Origin: Mytilus californianus
Lineage: Eukaryota
Direction: 5' to 3'
Assembly (NCBI RefSeq): GCF_021869535.1
Contig: NW_026262581.1
Span: 136,400,001 to 136,464,000, forward strand
DNA length: 64,000 nucleotides
Position 1 is the first letter of the stretch; each line of letters opens with the position of its first letter. The notes beneath the pieces were generated by a model. That model was not told the DNA's origin. It ran no database searches and saw only the letters and a program-made list of their open reading frames with translations. This document shows, piece by piece, positions 13,481 through 25,548 of this stretch. The position numbers and the translations under genes were made by a program.

Positions 13481-14833
13481 CAGATTCACTTTACATCGTT
13501 TTATTGCTGTGCTGACTTCTTTTGAAATGTTTGCCACTGGTCATTAAACACCAATCCATCAACAACATCAACTATTTTTGGTGGATAAAATGTGCAAATA
13601 AGGTAAATGCCATATGACATATTCAAGATGGACAAGCTTGACCACAGGTGAATATGAGTGAATGAACAAACTCAATACACATTTTGGTTGTCCTAGTAGG
13701 TGAAAATTGGGATTAAGTATTGAGAATTTTAAATTGTTATTACTATCACCAGAAAAGAAATACCGAAGTCTTGCCTTCTACAACTTATGTTGCATGTGCA
13801 ATTAACAATTATAGCCTGCTTGTGTGGTTCCTATTAAACATCATTTTACCACATCATAAGTTTGATTGTGCAATTGTGGCAAAACCTAAAAGAAAAATCA
13901 GAAATAAAGTTTGAGGTTTACAAACAAAACAACTTAAAAATAATAACAACAAAAAACAAGTTGACTGTAAGCTTATGGTGACTAATGAAATCCTGTTATA
14001 AGATTTCCAACAGTAAATAAATAGTTAATAATGCAATGATTGTGAAAATGCATCACACAATAAAGAATCTTCACATGAACAATGATACTAAATTTCATGG
14101 TGCTCTGATCAGTAATTCCTGAGAAAAATGTCACAAAAGTTTAATATAGGTCACTATTTGTAAGAATATAACGTGTTTGGTATACAGGAAGTTGATGAGT
14201 TGTGAATGTATAAAGGCATCACACCATAGCATGTTCACATGAAGTCTGATAACAAATTTCAGGAAGTTTAGCTTTGTAGTTTATAATAAAAATGAAACAT
14301 AAATTTCATACATGTGGAACTTACCACCTTGTGTGGTGTACAAGTCCAAAACTTTTGTAGTATCATAAGATTTTTTAATCGAGCAATTGTACCAAAGAAA
14401 TAAAAGGAGAATGTTTGAAAATTACACATACAAATAAATTCAAATAACATACACACAAAAAGATCTTTAATGAGAAGATAAATAGAGAAAGAAAATGAAC
14501 AAGAGGCTTCAAAGAGCTTGAATCTCTCACCTTGCAAAAATATGCAATCGTGATATTTATTTTTACCATTACTGCAACCAGTTGTGCTTGCTTATTTGTA
14601 AATCTTGTTTAGTGATATTTTTGTAGATCTCATATTGATGATAATTTAATTTTTACTGTTTACAGTTTATACTTATCAATTAAAGTTTTCGAGAAAATTG
14701 ACAAAATAATAACTAGAGGCTCTCAAGAGCCTGTGTTGCTCACCTGATTCTACTTTGCTTTTGGAAATCATGTAAAAATAGATTAAAATCATAACAGATA
14801 CCCTTATAATGATTGAGGCCAAATTTGGTTTAA

Positions 14834-15302
14834 GGTGTAACACCACTAATTCGGGCCCGGCCAGAAAGCACATACCAGAAAGTAGTACATATTTAACACA
14901 AAATAGTTCCTACGCATGGGTGTAACTTTCAAAATATGTAGAATATTTATGTAATTTTGGTATCAAATGAAAGCTGAATGACTGGTGATCATTGTAGAAC
15001 ACTTTTTGACTTATAATTTTGAATAATAAAAAAATTGCATGAAATTTAAAAAAGAGGGTAATTTTGCCTGTTTGTCAGATCTGGAGTACCTGTTTTGGTA
15101 CATCCGAAGTTCCGGGAACCAGTTCTTTCTTATATGCCATTAAAGGTATGTTGATTTTTTCAGTACAAGGCACCATGAAGTGTTGCTTTGACATGCAATG
15201 ATTGTCACTTTATTTGAACTTAAAACAAAAGAGCTGTGCCTGCTTGAAATTGAAGAATTTAACATAGAAAGCAATGGGGCCATGAATTAGTGGTGTACTT
15301 CC
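14834..15302 (+). repeat. Left long terminal direct repeat (469 bp)
   Basis: GGTGTAACACCACTAATTC ... GAATTAGTGGTGTACTTCC; about 7 substitutions versus 21854-22322 by eye. Confidence 0.9.
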
Positions 15303-16624
15303 TATTACAGAGTATCATCAGAAATTCAATTTTTAGAAGTTGTACCTATTCCAATGAAAAGTGGTCATATTTGATGTCAGTAATCATGTTTAATCAACTT
15401 TTTAGGATGAAAAATTCTGTTTATGGGAAATTTCAGCTCTTAAATAGACACAATAAGGTACTTTAGCCTTTTATGGTCATACAACATGCATGCAGTTAAG
15501 ACTTGACTCCAAGTTCTTATTTTTGCATTATTTGGGATTGAAATCAATGCAACAGGTATATTATGACTTGTTTATGATAAAACAATGGCTCTTGGTCAAA
15601 TAATCTTATGATTTTTCAAGTTTAATTGGTTTTCTTATGGTAGCCTTTTACAATCTAGGCAATTGGTATATACTCATATAAGAATTCAAAAATCTCATTG
15701 TACATGCAATTTTGAACCAGTTTAGCAAGTTATCTAGCTGAGGGATATATAAATTGCTCTTAAAAATCTATGTTGTAGCACAGAAGTATGGTTTATACCA
15801 AAAGTGTCCCTTTACCAATTTGAAGAAAAAAGGGGGGACAATATTCTCAATTATGTCTTAGGTTTGGACTAATATGTTTTTATCAGATGAACAACCACTG
15901 ATAAAAATATAACTATTGGTAAGCACATTGCTTTCATAGTAGAAATTAACAAATAGAACCATGACATTGAGAATAAATCAAAGCGTGAAAGCGCTGTAAA
16001 GGCAGTTAATTACAGGTTGTGTGTATTTTTAGTCCAGTTATATCATTATCTTGCATAGTACATTGTACTTATCAGAGGTGGCTTTCAGTATTTAAGATTT
16101 AGAGTTCTCTAATGATATTGAACAAGTTTTATGAATGTCATATTCTGAGCACTATATGAAGGCGATTGTTCTCACTTGTTTATGAACTAGTGCATTATGT
16201 CCACTTTGTACCTTTTTTTATCTATGTTTATAGTCAAATACTGTTTAAAATAGTTTGGCATTTTCTTTTTAGTAATAAGTAAATGTTATCAACTGTATTT
16301 TATTCAACTTCGCAAATGTGGTTTGTTACTGGTAGGTACAATGTATGGATGATAGTTGTTTCATTGGCAATCATAACACATCTCCTTATTTATATAAAAT
16401 GATCTATATTCAACGACCTCGGGTACAAAAAAAATGTATGTAACTAAACTATGATGGGAAACCTTTGACTTCTTTCTTTTATATAAACTTTTGATTTGGT
16501 ACCATAGAACTATGTAGAATAAATGTACATTGCAACATGTCAACTCTTTCAATGACAATACTTTTTTTAGAAACTATAACTCCAAGCAAAATTATATTTC
16601 CAAGTATAAAGTAATTTATGAATG

Positions 16625-17693
16625 AAACAAGAGTGCACACGCTGAAATGTCTCGCCATCTTTACTAATCATTGATATTATGTTGATAGTCCTTAATATAA
16701 AGCTTCATTACAACTGTCACACAAAATTAGCATTAACCAAGTAAACTAAACATTGACCAATGAACCAAGAAAATGATGTCAAGGTCAGATGAACCATGCT
16801 AGGCAGGCATGTACAGCTAACAATTCTTCCATACAACAAATATAGTTGACCTATTGCTTATAGTTTAAGAAAAACAGACCAAAACACAAAAACTTAAAAC
16901 TGAGCAATGAACCTTGAAAATGAGGTCAAGGTAAAAAAAAAACCTGCGTGACTGACAAATAGATCATAAAATATTTCCATACACCAAATATAGTTGAACT
17001 ATTGCATATAGTATTAGAAAAAAAGACCAAAACTCAAAAACTTAACTTTGACCACTGAACCATGAAAATGAGGTCAAGTCAGATGACACCTGCCAGTTAG
17101 ACATGTACACCTTACAATCATTCCATACACCAAATATAGTAGACCTATTGCATACAGTATAAGAAAAACAGACCAAAACACAAAAACTTAACTATAACCA
17201 CTGAACCATGAAAATGAGGTCAAGGTCAGATTACACCTGCCAGTTGGACAGTCCTTCCATACACCGAATATACTAGACCTATTGCTTATAGTATCTGAGA
17301 TATGGACTTGACCACCAAAACTTAAACTTGTTCACTGATCCATGAAATGAGGTCGAGGTCAAGTGAAAACTGTCTGAAAGGCATGAGGACCTTGCAAGGT
17401 ACGCACATACCAAATATAGTTATCATATTACTTATAATAAGAGAGAATTTAACATTACAAAAAATCTCAACTTTTTTTTCAAGTAGTCACTGAACCATGA
17501 AAATTAGGTCAAGGACATTGGACATGTGACTGACAGAAACTTTGTAACATGAGGCATCCATATACAAAGTATGAAGCATCCAGACCTTCCACCTTCTAAA
17601 ATATAAAGCTTTTAAGAAGTTAGCTAACGCCGCCGCCGGATCACTATCCCTATGTCGAGCTTTCTGCGTTAAAAGTCACAGGCTCAACAAAAA
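16625..17693 (-). mobile_element. Helentron/DINE-like element, copy B (inverted relative to copy A)
   Basis: AAACAAGAGTGCACACGCTGAAATGTCTCGCC ... GCCGCCGCCGGATCACTATCCCT..GGCTCAACAAAA is the reverse complement of 10815-11885. Confidence 0.75.
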
Positions 17694-18239
17694 GGAGTTC
17701 TTAATTAAGAAATAAACTGATTCGCTGAGCGCAGCTGGATACACCTGCAGAGGTTCAACCCTGAACAGTTGGGGCAAAAATGGACACAATATTCAAGCTT
17801 GATACAAGTCTGAATTTGGTTGTAATTAAATATTTCACATATTATAGTTTCTGAATAAATGTAGTCAAAGAACTTGAAATTGGTTATATGAATTGAATTT
17901 ATATTCAATTAAAGATTTCTTGCTGTTGTGCAATACACTGTGCTGTTGCGCAATACTTAATAAATCTGTTGCCAGACTATAAACAAATAAAGTTCAATTT
18001 CTTCTCAATGTCATATTTGAAATTTAGGGAAATCAATAGGGAGATTACATCAATAGCTATAAATAATTCACCAAAGTTTCATGCGAACTGCTTAAAGCAT
18101 TTTTGAGTTGTTGTCCAAAAACTGGAAAATCCCCCCTTTTTTAATGAATAAAACCCCATAACTCAGAAATGTGAAATCTAAAATTTATAAAATTCTAAAG
18201 GGAGCTTACGGATTGATAATTTAGTCTTAGATGCAAGAT

Positions 18240-18790
18240 TTTTTTATCAGTTGTTAGTGGCTTTGAACTAGCTGTCAGTAAATGCGAGTACTCTCAGATC
18301 TGCACTTAGTGTCTTTTTGTTGTTTGGATGTACAACTACCCGGCCACGTCCACTTGTATTTGTATTTATCCATCTGATGAGTTAAGCCTCTTTCAACTGA
18401 TTTTTTATAGATCGTTCTTATATTGTACTGTTACACCACTGTCCCAGGTTAGGGGGTGGGTTGGGATCCTGCTAACATGTTTAACCCCGCCAAATTCTGT
18501 ATGTACACGTATGTGCCTGTCCCAAGTCAGGAGCCTGTAATTCAGTGGTTGTTTGTTGATGTGTTGCATATTTGTTATTTGTTCATTTTTTGTACATAAA
18601 TTAGGCCGTTAGTTTTCTTGTTTGAATTGTTTTACATTGTCATTTCGGGGCCTTTTATAGCTCACTGTGCGGTATGTGCTTTGCTCATTGTTGAAGGCCG
18701 TACTGTGACCTATAGCTGTTAATTTCTGTGTCATTTGGTCTCTTGTGGAGAGTTGTCTCATTGGCAATCATACCACATCTTCTTTTTTAT
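18240..18790. mobile_element. Abundant short interspersed element; fragments also near 5330, 7470, 10360, 13060, 16340, 24290, 25090, 49500 and 60300
   Basis: Shared end GAGAGTTGTCTCATTGGCAATCATACCACATCTTCTT recurs across the window on both strands. Confidence 0.65.
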
Positions 18791-19074
18791 ATTTACATCA
18801 ACAGATAGAAACAATTCACCAAAGTCAAACTTAGTTGTAAGATCTCTGAAATTGTTTACACGGTACAAGTTTTTCTAATTGTTGGAGATTGTACGGTGAC
18901 AGTAACACCTGTAACTGCTTAACCCATTTCTAATGCACTTTGGTTCGATAAACTCACTGAATATCATACCACATCTCCTTATTTTTATATGCATTACAAT
19001 TTACATGTGCATGTAATTGTAAATAATATTTATATATATATATATCAGAACAAACTTCATTGTGTCACTTTTAT

Positions 19075-21079
19075 TTATGCATTCTTTGGCACAATACAAG
19101 TTCTAAAATTACACAACCTAAAACAACTAAATGTTATTTCAGATGAAAGTTTTGTTTCAGTTCCATTCATAGGATTTATTAGAATTTTGTATGTTTTGCC
19201 AAGTCCAATAATTAGCTCTATGTGCACATGTTAATTGGAGACTTTTCTATCCCGTATAAGAGTTTTGGAACTAATTCTGTTTCTTTTTTTGAAAAAAGTG
19301 AGCAAACAAATCTTGCACATTTAAACCTTTGTCTGCCATCACACTGTCACCTGGATCACATAATTGAACTATTCTATCTTTCAACTATTTCACAGTCACT
19401 GGTACAACTAACATATGCATTAGAGACATAGTTGACTAAACCACCAGGTGTCGAACATACAAGTATTTTCAGTGTTTCTGTTTTTATATGATGAAAAGGT
19501 TGCCTGAGCTCTAGGAGCTTTAGGTTTTATCACGGGATATTCTGTGCTGTCAATAATAATCCAAGTTGTAGGAAACTTTAATTTGAAGTTGGATGGCGAA
19601 AAATACCTGACTAAACCACTTAATGGCCAAGTGTTAGCCTCACGCCACTGTTTAGACATAAAAACAATCCATGTTTACACAATATTCTTAACACTAGTTT
19701 CAATCTAGAATCTAGACAGTTCAAAGTTGGTTGTATAATGCCTCAATTTCATCAAAGTCATAAAAAAACTGATTTTCAAATGACACCCTATCAATTTGAA
19801 AATATATGTATCTCAAACAATGTGCTGCTGGACCAAGTGTGGTGAAAACAAATAAAAATTTAGTATACAACTCTAAACCGGTATAAAATTGCATGGCTGT
19901 GTCACGTGTCTTCATTTCAAAATTCTCTGCTGAAAATATAGGCATTGATGGTGTTTGCGTAATTCCATCTGTGAAGCTCAACATTAGCTCGGCAGTTGGT
20001 GGTGGACAGTCATAAATCCTGTCTGCAGTATGAATGACTTCTTCAGGAAAACCAACTTTACAATCAAAACTTTCCTCTAGATTTCTACTACAATATTCAT
20101 CAAGTTTAGTTCTTTTGTTTTCACAGGAAACTGCCCTGATTTTTCTTTTTGCGGACGATTCAGTCTCTTGCTTAATCCAGGAAAATAGGCTGGGAATGGC
20201 AGTAGACCTTAGTCTCTGTATGGTGGGTTTGCGCCCTGAAAAAGGTTATAAAACATTAGTTTTTTGATAATTAAATGAACTTCCATTAGCAATGCAAAAT
20301 ATTAACTAGATTTATTCATTACAATCTGGATAAAACTATGTTAGCCTGAATTAATGTACATCAAAATGTATGTTATGTAAATCCAAAGTAAGTAAGTAAG
20401 TAAAACTTTATTTTGATTTGGCATATTGACAAACATACAAAAATAAGCTCTAATGAGGACAAACAATGAGAGATGTATACAACAAACATACATTGTTTGT
20501 ACCTAAACAACTATAATATAGATGAGAGCATGTCATTATTTTGTTCCTGTTAACATTGTCACTGATATTTTTCAAGAAAGTCTATGAGGCAAAGCTTATG
20601 CATTCCTGTCATTACTACATTAGCATAATTACTGCTAAAATAATTCTCAGTATGATATACCTCTTGTAAGAAATCATTATAATTGTAGCAAGCACCAAAA
20701 AATCTCAAACAGATCACATTGAATCGTAATCCAAAAAATTATGACGTCTTGAATTAACCACCCCCTTTTATTCTAAAACGATAATTGCGGTTGTAAACAA
20801 ACTTTGGTTTATTCGCATGGCGATTACATATATAACTATATATTTTAAAAAGAAAATAGAGTTTTACCATGAATAGTTTCCTGCACGTAGTCTTTTTCAG
20901 TAAAATGTGCCTTGCAAACAACAGCTGATTGAGATGGACTCCACGATTTCATCGTATTCTCGTCCAATCTGCGTATGGGCCATTGCGTTGATCCAACTTT
21001 TCCTTCTTTTTAAGTCATTTGGAAATGCATGTCCTCCTCTTAAATGACATCCAGGTACACAACAACATGTACTTGGCAT
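19075..21079 (-). pseudogene. Decayed THAP + DDE_Tnp_4 (PIF/Harbinger/ISL2EU-type) transposase
   Basis: THAP: MPSTCCCVPGC..W..VCKAHF, then an apparent intron, then AIPS box; catalytic IIDSTE, TFSSYKNRNT, DSVMADKG, HVHIELIIGLGKTYKIL; several frameshifts and stops. Confidence 0.85.
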
Positions 21080-21853
21080 CGTTAATTAATAATGCAACTG
21101 TAATAGTTGCACAGTGCAGAAACCGGAAGTTGAAGAACAGGATCGGCTACCACGGCGCCACCTATTCAGGAACGATAATTTGCTACTTTATATAACCGCG
21201 AAATAACAATTACGTTAGACGGGTTCGCGTGCATAAACAGAAATGCGCTTTAAATTGTATAATATAATTCATGTTCAGTCGACCTTTAATTATTATATCA
21301 ACGACTGAAATGATTTATAAACATCTAGATTGCAGATAACACTCGAAATTAACCCGACCTCTTTCCACACGGAATTCAAATAATTCTAGTTTGTCAATCG
21401 GTTGACTGCTTATAATGTAAAATACAAATATATCAAAAGTTTTTAAAACTAACAAAACACAATGATCGTTTCTCTATTTCCCAATGTAAATGAAATGAAA
21501 CAAAAAACATTTTATATCACAATAAGAAGAGGAGAGAATCAACATTTTCCGGATCTACTTGGAGCCTAATGACCCCCCACGTAGATAAGTTGGATATCGC
21601 GGAAAGAAAGATTAACACGGCAACTAGAAAGGCATTAAAGCACTGCCTTTAAAAAATCAAATTGGCCATTGGTAATATCCATATGCAGTTTCCTTTGCAT
21701 ATAACCCATATGTTACTACTTGTCCAATTTGAGCTTAAAATCAGTAAAATAGTGTTTGGAATAAAGCTTTGTTTGTATTTTATTGCTTGAAATAGATCAT
21801 AAAATGAAATAAAGTAATGCTGAAGTCAATATAGCAAGTTTGGTTCTGTTATA

Positions 21854-22322
21854 GGTGTAACACCACTAATTCGGGCCCGGCCAGAAAGCACATACCAGAA
21901 GGTAGTACATATTTAACACAAAATAGTTCCTACGCATGGGTGTAACTTTCAAAATATGTAGAATATTTATGTAATTTTGGTATCAAATGAAAGCTGAATG
22001 ACTGGTGATCATTGTAGAACACTTTTTGACTTATAATTTTGAATAATAAAAAAATTGCATGAAATTTAAAAAAGAGAGTAATTTTGCCTGTTTGTCAGAT
22101 CTGGAGTACCTGTTTTGGTAAATCGGAAGTTCCGGGAACCAGTTCTTTCTTATATGCCACTAAAGGTATGTTGATTTTTTCAGTACAAAGCACCATGAAG
22201 TGTTGCTTTGACATGCAATGATTGTCACTTTATTTGAACTTAAAACAAAAGAGCTGTGCCTGCTTGAAATTGAGGAATTTAACATAGAAAGCAATGGGGC
22301 CATGAATTAGTGGTGTACTTCC
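21854..22322 (+). repeat. Right long terminal direct repeat (469 bp)
   Basis: Near-identical to 14834-15302 and followed directly by TTAA. Confidence 0.9.
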
Positions 22323-22339
22323 TTAATATTGGCTCCGTA

Positions 22340-23670
22340 ATTTATTAAAAAATCCTGGTGGCCATCTTGAACAGTAAATCGGCAACAAAGTAGCAACACT
22401 TCATGCACCTCATAAGGAACATTTATGCCATGTTTGGTTTCATTCCATTCAGTGCTCCTCTAGAAGAATCATTTCTATGTATTTCCCATAGGGTCGTATG
22501 TTAAACTAAGTCCCCTGCTGGCGGTTATCTTGGATGATGGTTCGGCTACAAAGTAACAACATTTGGTCAGCACCTCATTAGGAACATTCATGCCATGTTT
22601 GGTTTCATTCTATTCAGTGGTTCTGTAGAAGAAAACATTTGTATGTATTTCCCATAGGGTCCTAATATTGTTAAACTTACTCCTCCTGCTGGCAGCCATC
22701 TTGGATGACAAATCAGCTACAAAGTAACAACACGTGTACAGCACCTCTAAAGAAACATTCATAAAATGTTTGGTTTCAATCCATTCAGTGGTTTTCTAGA
22801 AGACATTTGTATATATTTCCCATAGGGTCCTTTGTTAAACTAAGTCCCCCGTTAGCAGCCATCTTGGTTGATGGATTTGTTACAAAGTAACAACATTTGG
22901 TCAGCACCTCATAAGGAACATTCATGCCATGTTATATTTCATTCCATTCAGTGGTTCTTCAAAAGAAGACTTTTGCATGTATTTCACAAAGGGTCCTTTG
23001 TTAAACTAAGTTCCCCGCTGGCAGCCACCTTGGATGATTGATTGGTTACAAAGTAACAACACTTGGTCAGCACCTCATTAGAACATTCATGCCATGTTTA
23101 GTTTCATTCCATTCAGTGGTTCTCTAAAAGAAGACATGTGTATGTATTGTCCATAGGGTCCTTTGTTCAACTAAGTTCCCCGCTGGCAGCCATCTTGGAT
23201 GATTTATTGGCTACAAAGTAACAACACTTGGTCAGCACCTCTAAAGAAACATTCATACCATGTTTGGTTTCATTCCATTCAGTGGTTCTCTAAAAGAAGA
23301 CATTTGTATGTATTGTCAATAGGGTCCTATGTTAAACAAAGACCCCCGCTGGAAGCCATCTTGGATGATGGATCGCCTATAAAGTTACAACACTTGGTCA
23401 GCACCTCATAAGGAACATTCATACCATGTTTTATTTCTTTCCATTCAGTGGTTCTCTAAAAGAAGACATTTGTATGTATTTCCCATAGGGTCCTAAGTTA
23501 AACTAAGTCCCTCTCTGGCGGCCATCTTGGATGATGGATCCGCTTCAAAGTAACAACACTTGGTCAGCACCTCATAACGAACATTCATGCCATGTTTGGT
23601 TTCATTCCATTCAGTGGTTCTCTAAAAGAAGACATTTGTATGTATTGTCTTCGTGCCAGGGGAGCTAAAA
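22340..23670 (+). repeat. About 8 tandem units of about 165 bp, satellite-like core of a pearl/Helentron-type element
   Basis: CAGCACCTC recurs at 22568, 22739, 22902, 23068, 23233, 23399, 23565; ends GGGGAGCTAAAAAT. Confidence 0.75.
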
Positions 23671-24430
23671 ATGAATAAATCTTACTTTGCTGAACATCTT
23701 TAACAGTTACAATTTCTCTCTATTACAGTTGTTGCTAAAAATGCTTAAATGGGTAAAAACAATCTTTCTATGGCAATAACTCGTATATGGGGTCAATTGA
23801 AGATTTTGATTTAATTGTAGGTCCTACATGTATTTTGCTGAAAGTCTTTGCTATTTACAGTTTTTCGCCATCTATTATGGTTTCTGCAAAAATCTCTTTC
23901 AAGGGCAATTACTCCTATTAGAGGTCAATTATCAATTTTGGCCATGTTGATTTACTTGTAGATATTTTTTTTTCTGGAATATTTTAACAATTTACAGTTT
24001 CTCACTATCTATTATGGTTTCTGCAAAAATTAGTAAAAATCAAGACAAGAAACTCCTCCTTAAGAGCTGGACAGACCTTTTGTGAGTTCACTTACAGCTT
24101 TAGATCTTTTGGTTTTCTGTTTCATTGCGTTACGGTCTCTTGGATGTATACCACACATCTCCTTGAATTAAAAAGCACTTCAAATGAAATCATAAATTTC
24201 AAAGTAATTCACAGCCATTGCCATCACTGTCATCTGGACTGAAGTATCATCTCTAAAAAATACCTTTATGTGCTAACATCTACATCATGTGGTCTTTGGT
24301 GGACAGTTGTTTCATTGGCAATCATACCACATCACCTTATCTTATAATAAAAATATGTCAAATAATTCTTCATGGCTGTGTTCATATTAAAAACATTAAA
24401 ATCATAAACTTTTCTAACTGTCTAGAAACA

Positions 24431-24935
24431 AAAATCTTAGCTGGCTCCCAAATCACTTTCCATTAAATATAGAAAATCTTAGCTGTCTCCCAAATAACTA
24501 TCCATTAAATATAGAAAATCTTAGCTGGCTCCCAAATTACTATCCATTAAATATAGAAAATCTTAGCTGGCTCTCAAATAACTACCCATTAACTATAAAA
24601 AATCTTAGCTGGCTCCCGAATATCTATCCATTAAACATAGAAAATCTTAGCTGGCTCCCAAATAACTATCCATTAAATATAAAAAATCTTAGCTGGCTCC
24701 CAAATAACTATCCATTAAATATAGAAAATCTTAGCTGGCTCCCAAATAACTATCCATTAAATAGAAAAATCTTAGCTGGCTCCCAAATAACTATCCATTA
24801 AATATAGAACTCTTAACGGGCTCCCAAATAACTATCCATTAAATATAGAACTCTTAACTGGCTCTCAAATAACTATCCATTAAATATAGAACTCTTAACT
24901 GGCTCTCAAATAACTATCCAATAAACATAGAACTA
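24431..24935 (+). repeat. 42-bp minisatellite, about 12 copies
   Basis: Unit AAAATCTTAGCTGGCTCCCAAATAACTATCCATTAAATATAG. Confidence 0.9.
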
Positions 24936-25548
24936 TTACACTATGGTAGTTGTCGACTTACTCAGGAGGAAAATGAAAATATCTTTACACATGTGTTTGA
25001 GTTAATTAGAGGATTGAAGAGATGCCATATTGTTTAGATAGTGAAACATGACCACAGACACATCATCATCTATAGGGTCATATAAAAATAAGAAGATGTG
25101 GTATGATTGCCAATGAGACAACTTTCCACCAGAGACCAAATGCATAAGTTAGTTTTTTGGGGTTTTTTTTGGTTCATTTTCTTCTTTTTGAAATTTATAA
25201 ATTTCTGTCCAATTTATTCAAATGCTGAAGTAATATTTTATGTATGCATGCTCTTATATATTGTATTGGTAAATATGTTAAATGGAGAAGACTTCATAAG
25301 TCTGTTTGAATTGTGTCTTATCTAATTTGTATTTATGCAAATAAAATATGTCTAAACTAAAACAAAAGTCGCAACTGAAAAAAAATGAAATAAGATGGAA
25401 ATTTAGAGACATTTCATAACTGCCATCAAGTTTTACTTTGAAAACAAAGATTTTACAATGTAAGAGGCAAAAAAAGATATATCATAAACAATTTATTTAC
25501 AATATGAACAAACACACTGAAACATTTATATCACAGTTAATATTATCA

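Larger units (their letters stand above)
14834..22322. mobile_element. KolobokP-like composite DNA transposon (two long terminal direct repeats plus internal region)
   Basis: TTAA at 14830-14833 and 22323-22326 flanks the whole unit; two 469-bp direct repeats, each GG...CC with its own short TIR. Confidence 0.75.

Noticed and set aside
21270-21660. CCTTTAA ends near 21290 and 21650 as termini of the THAP element
   Set aside because: No matching partner terminus found on the other side of the transposase
14834-22322. LTR retrotransposon
   Set aside because: Repeats end GG..CC rather than TG..CA, the TSD is TTAA, and no gag/pol, PBS or PPT was seen
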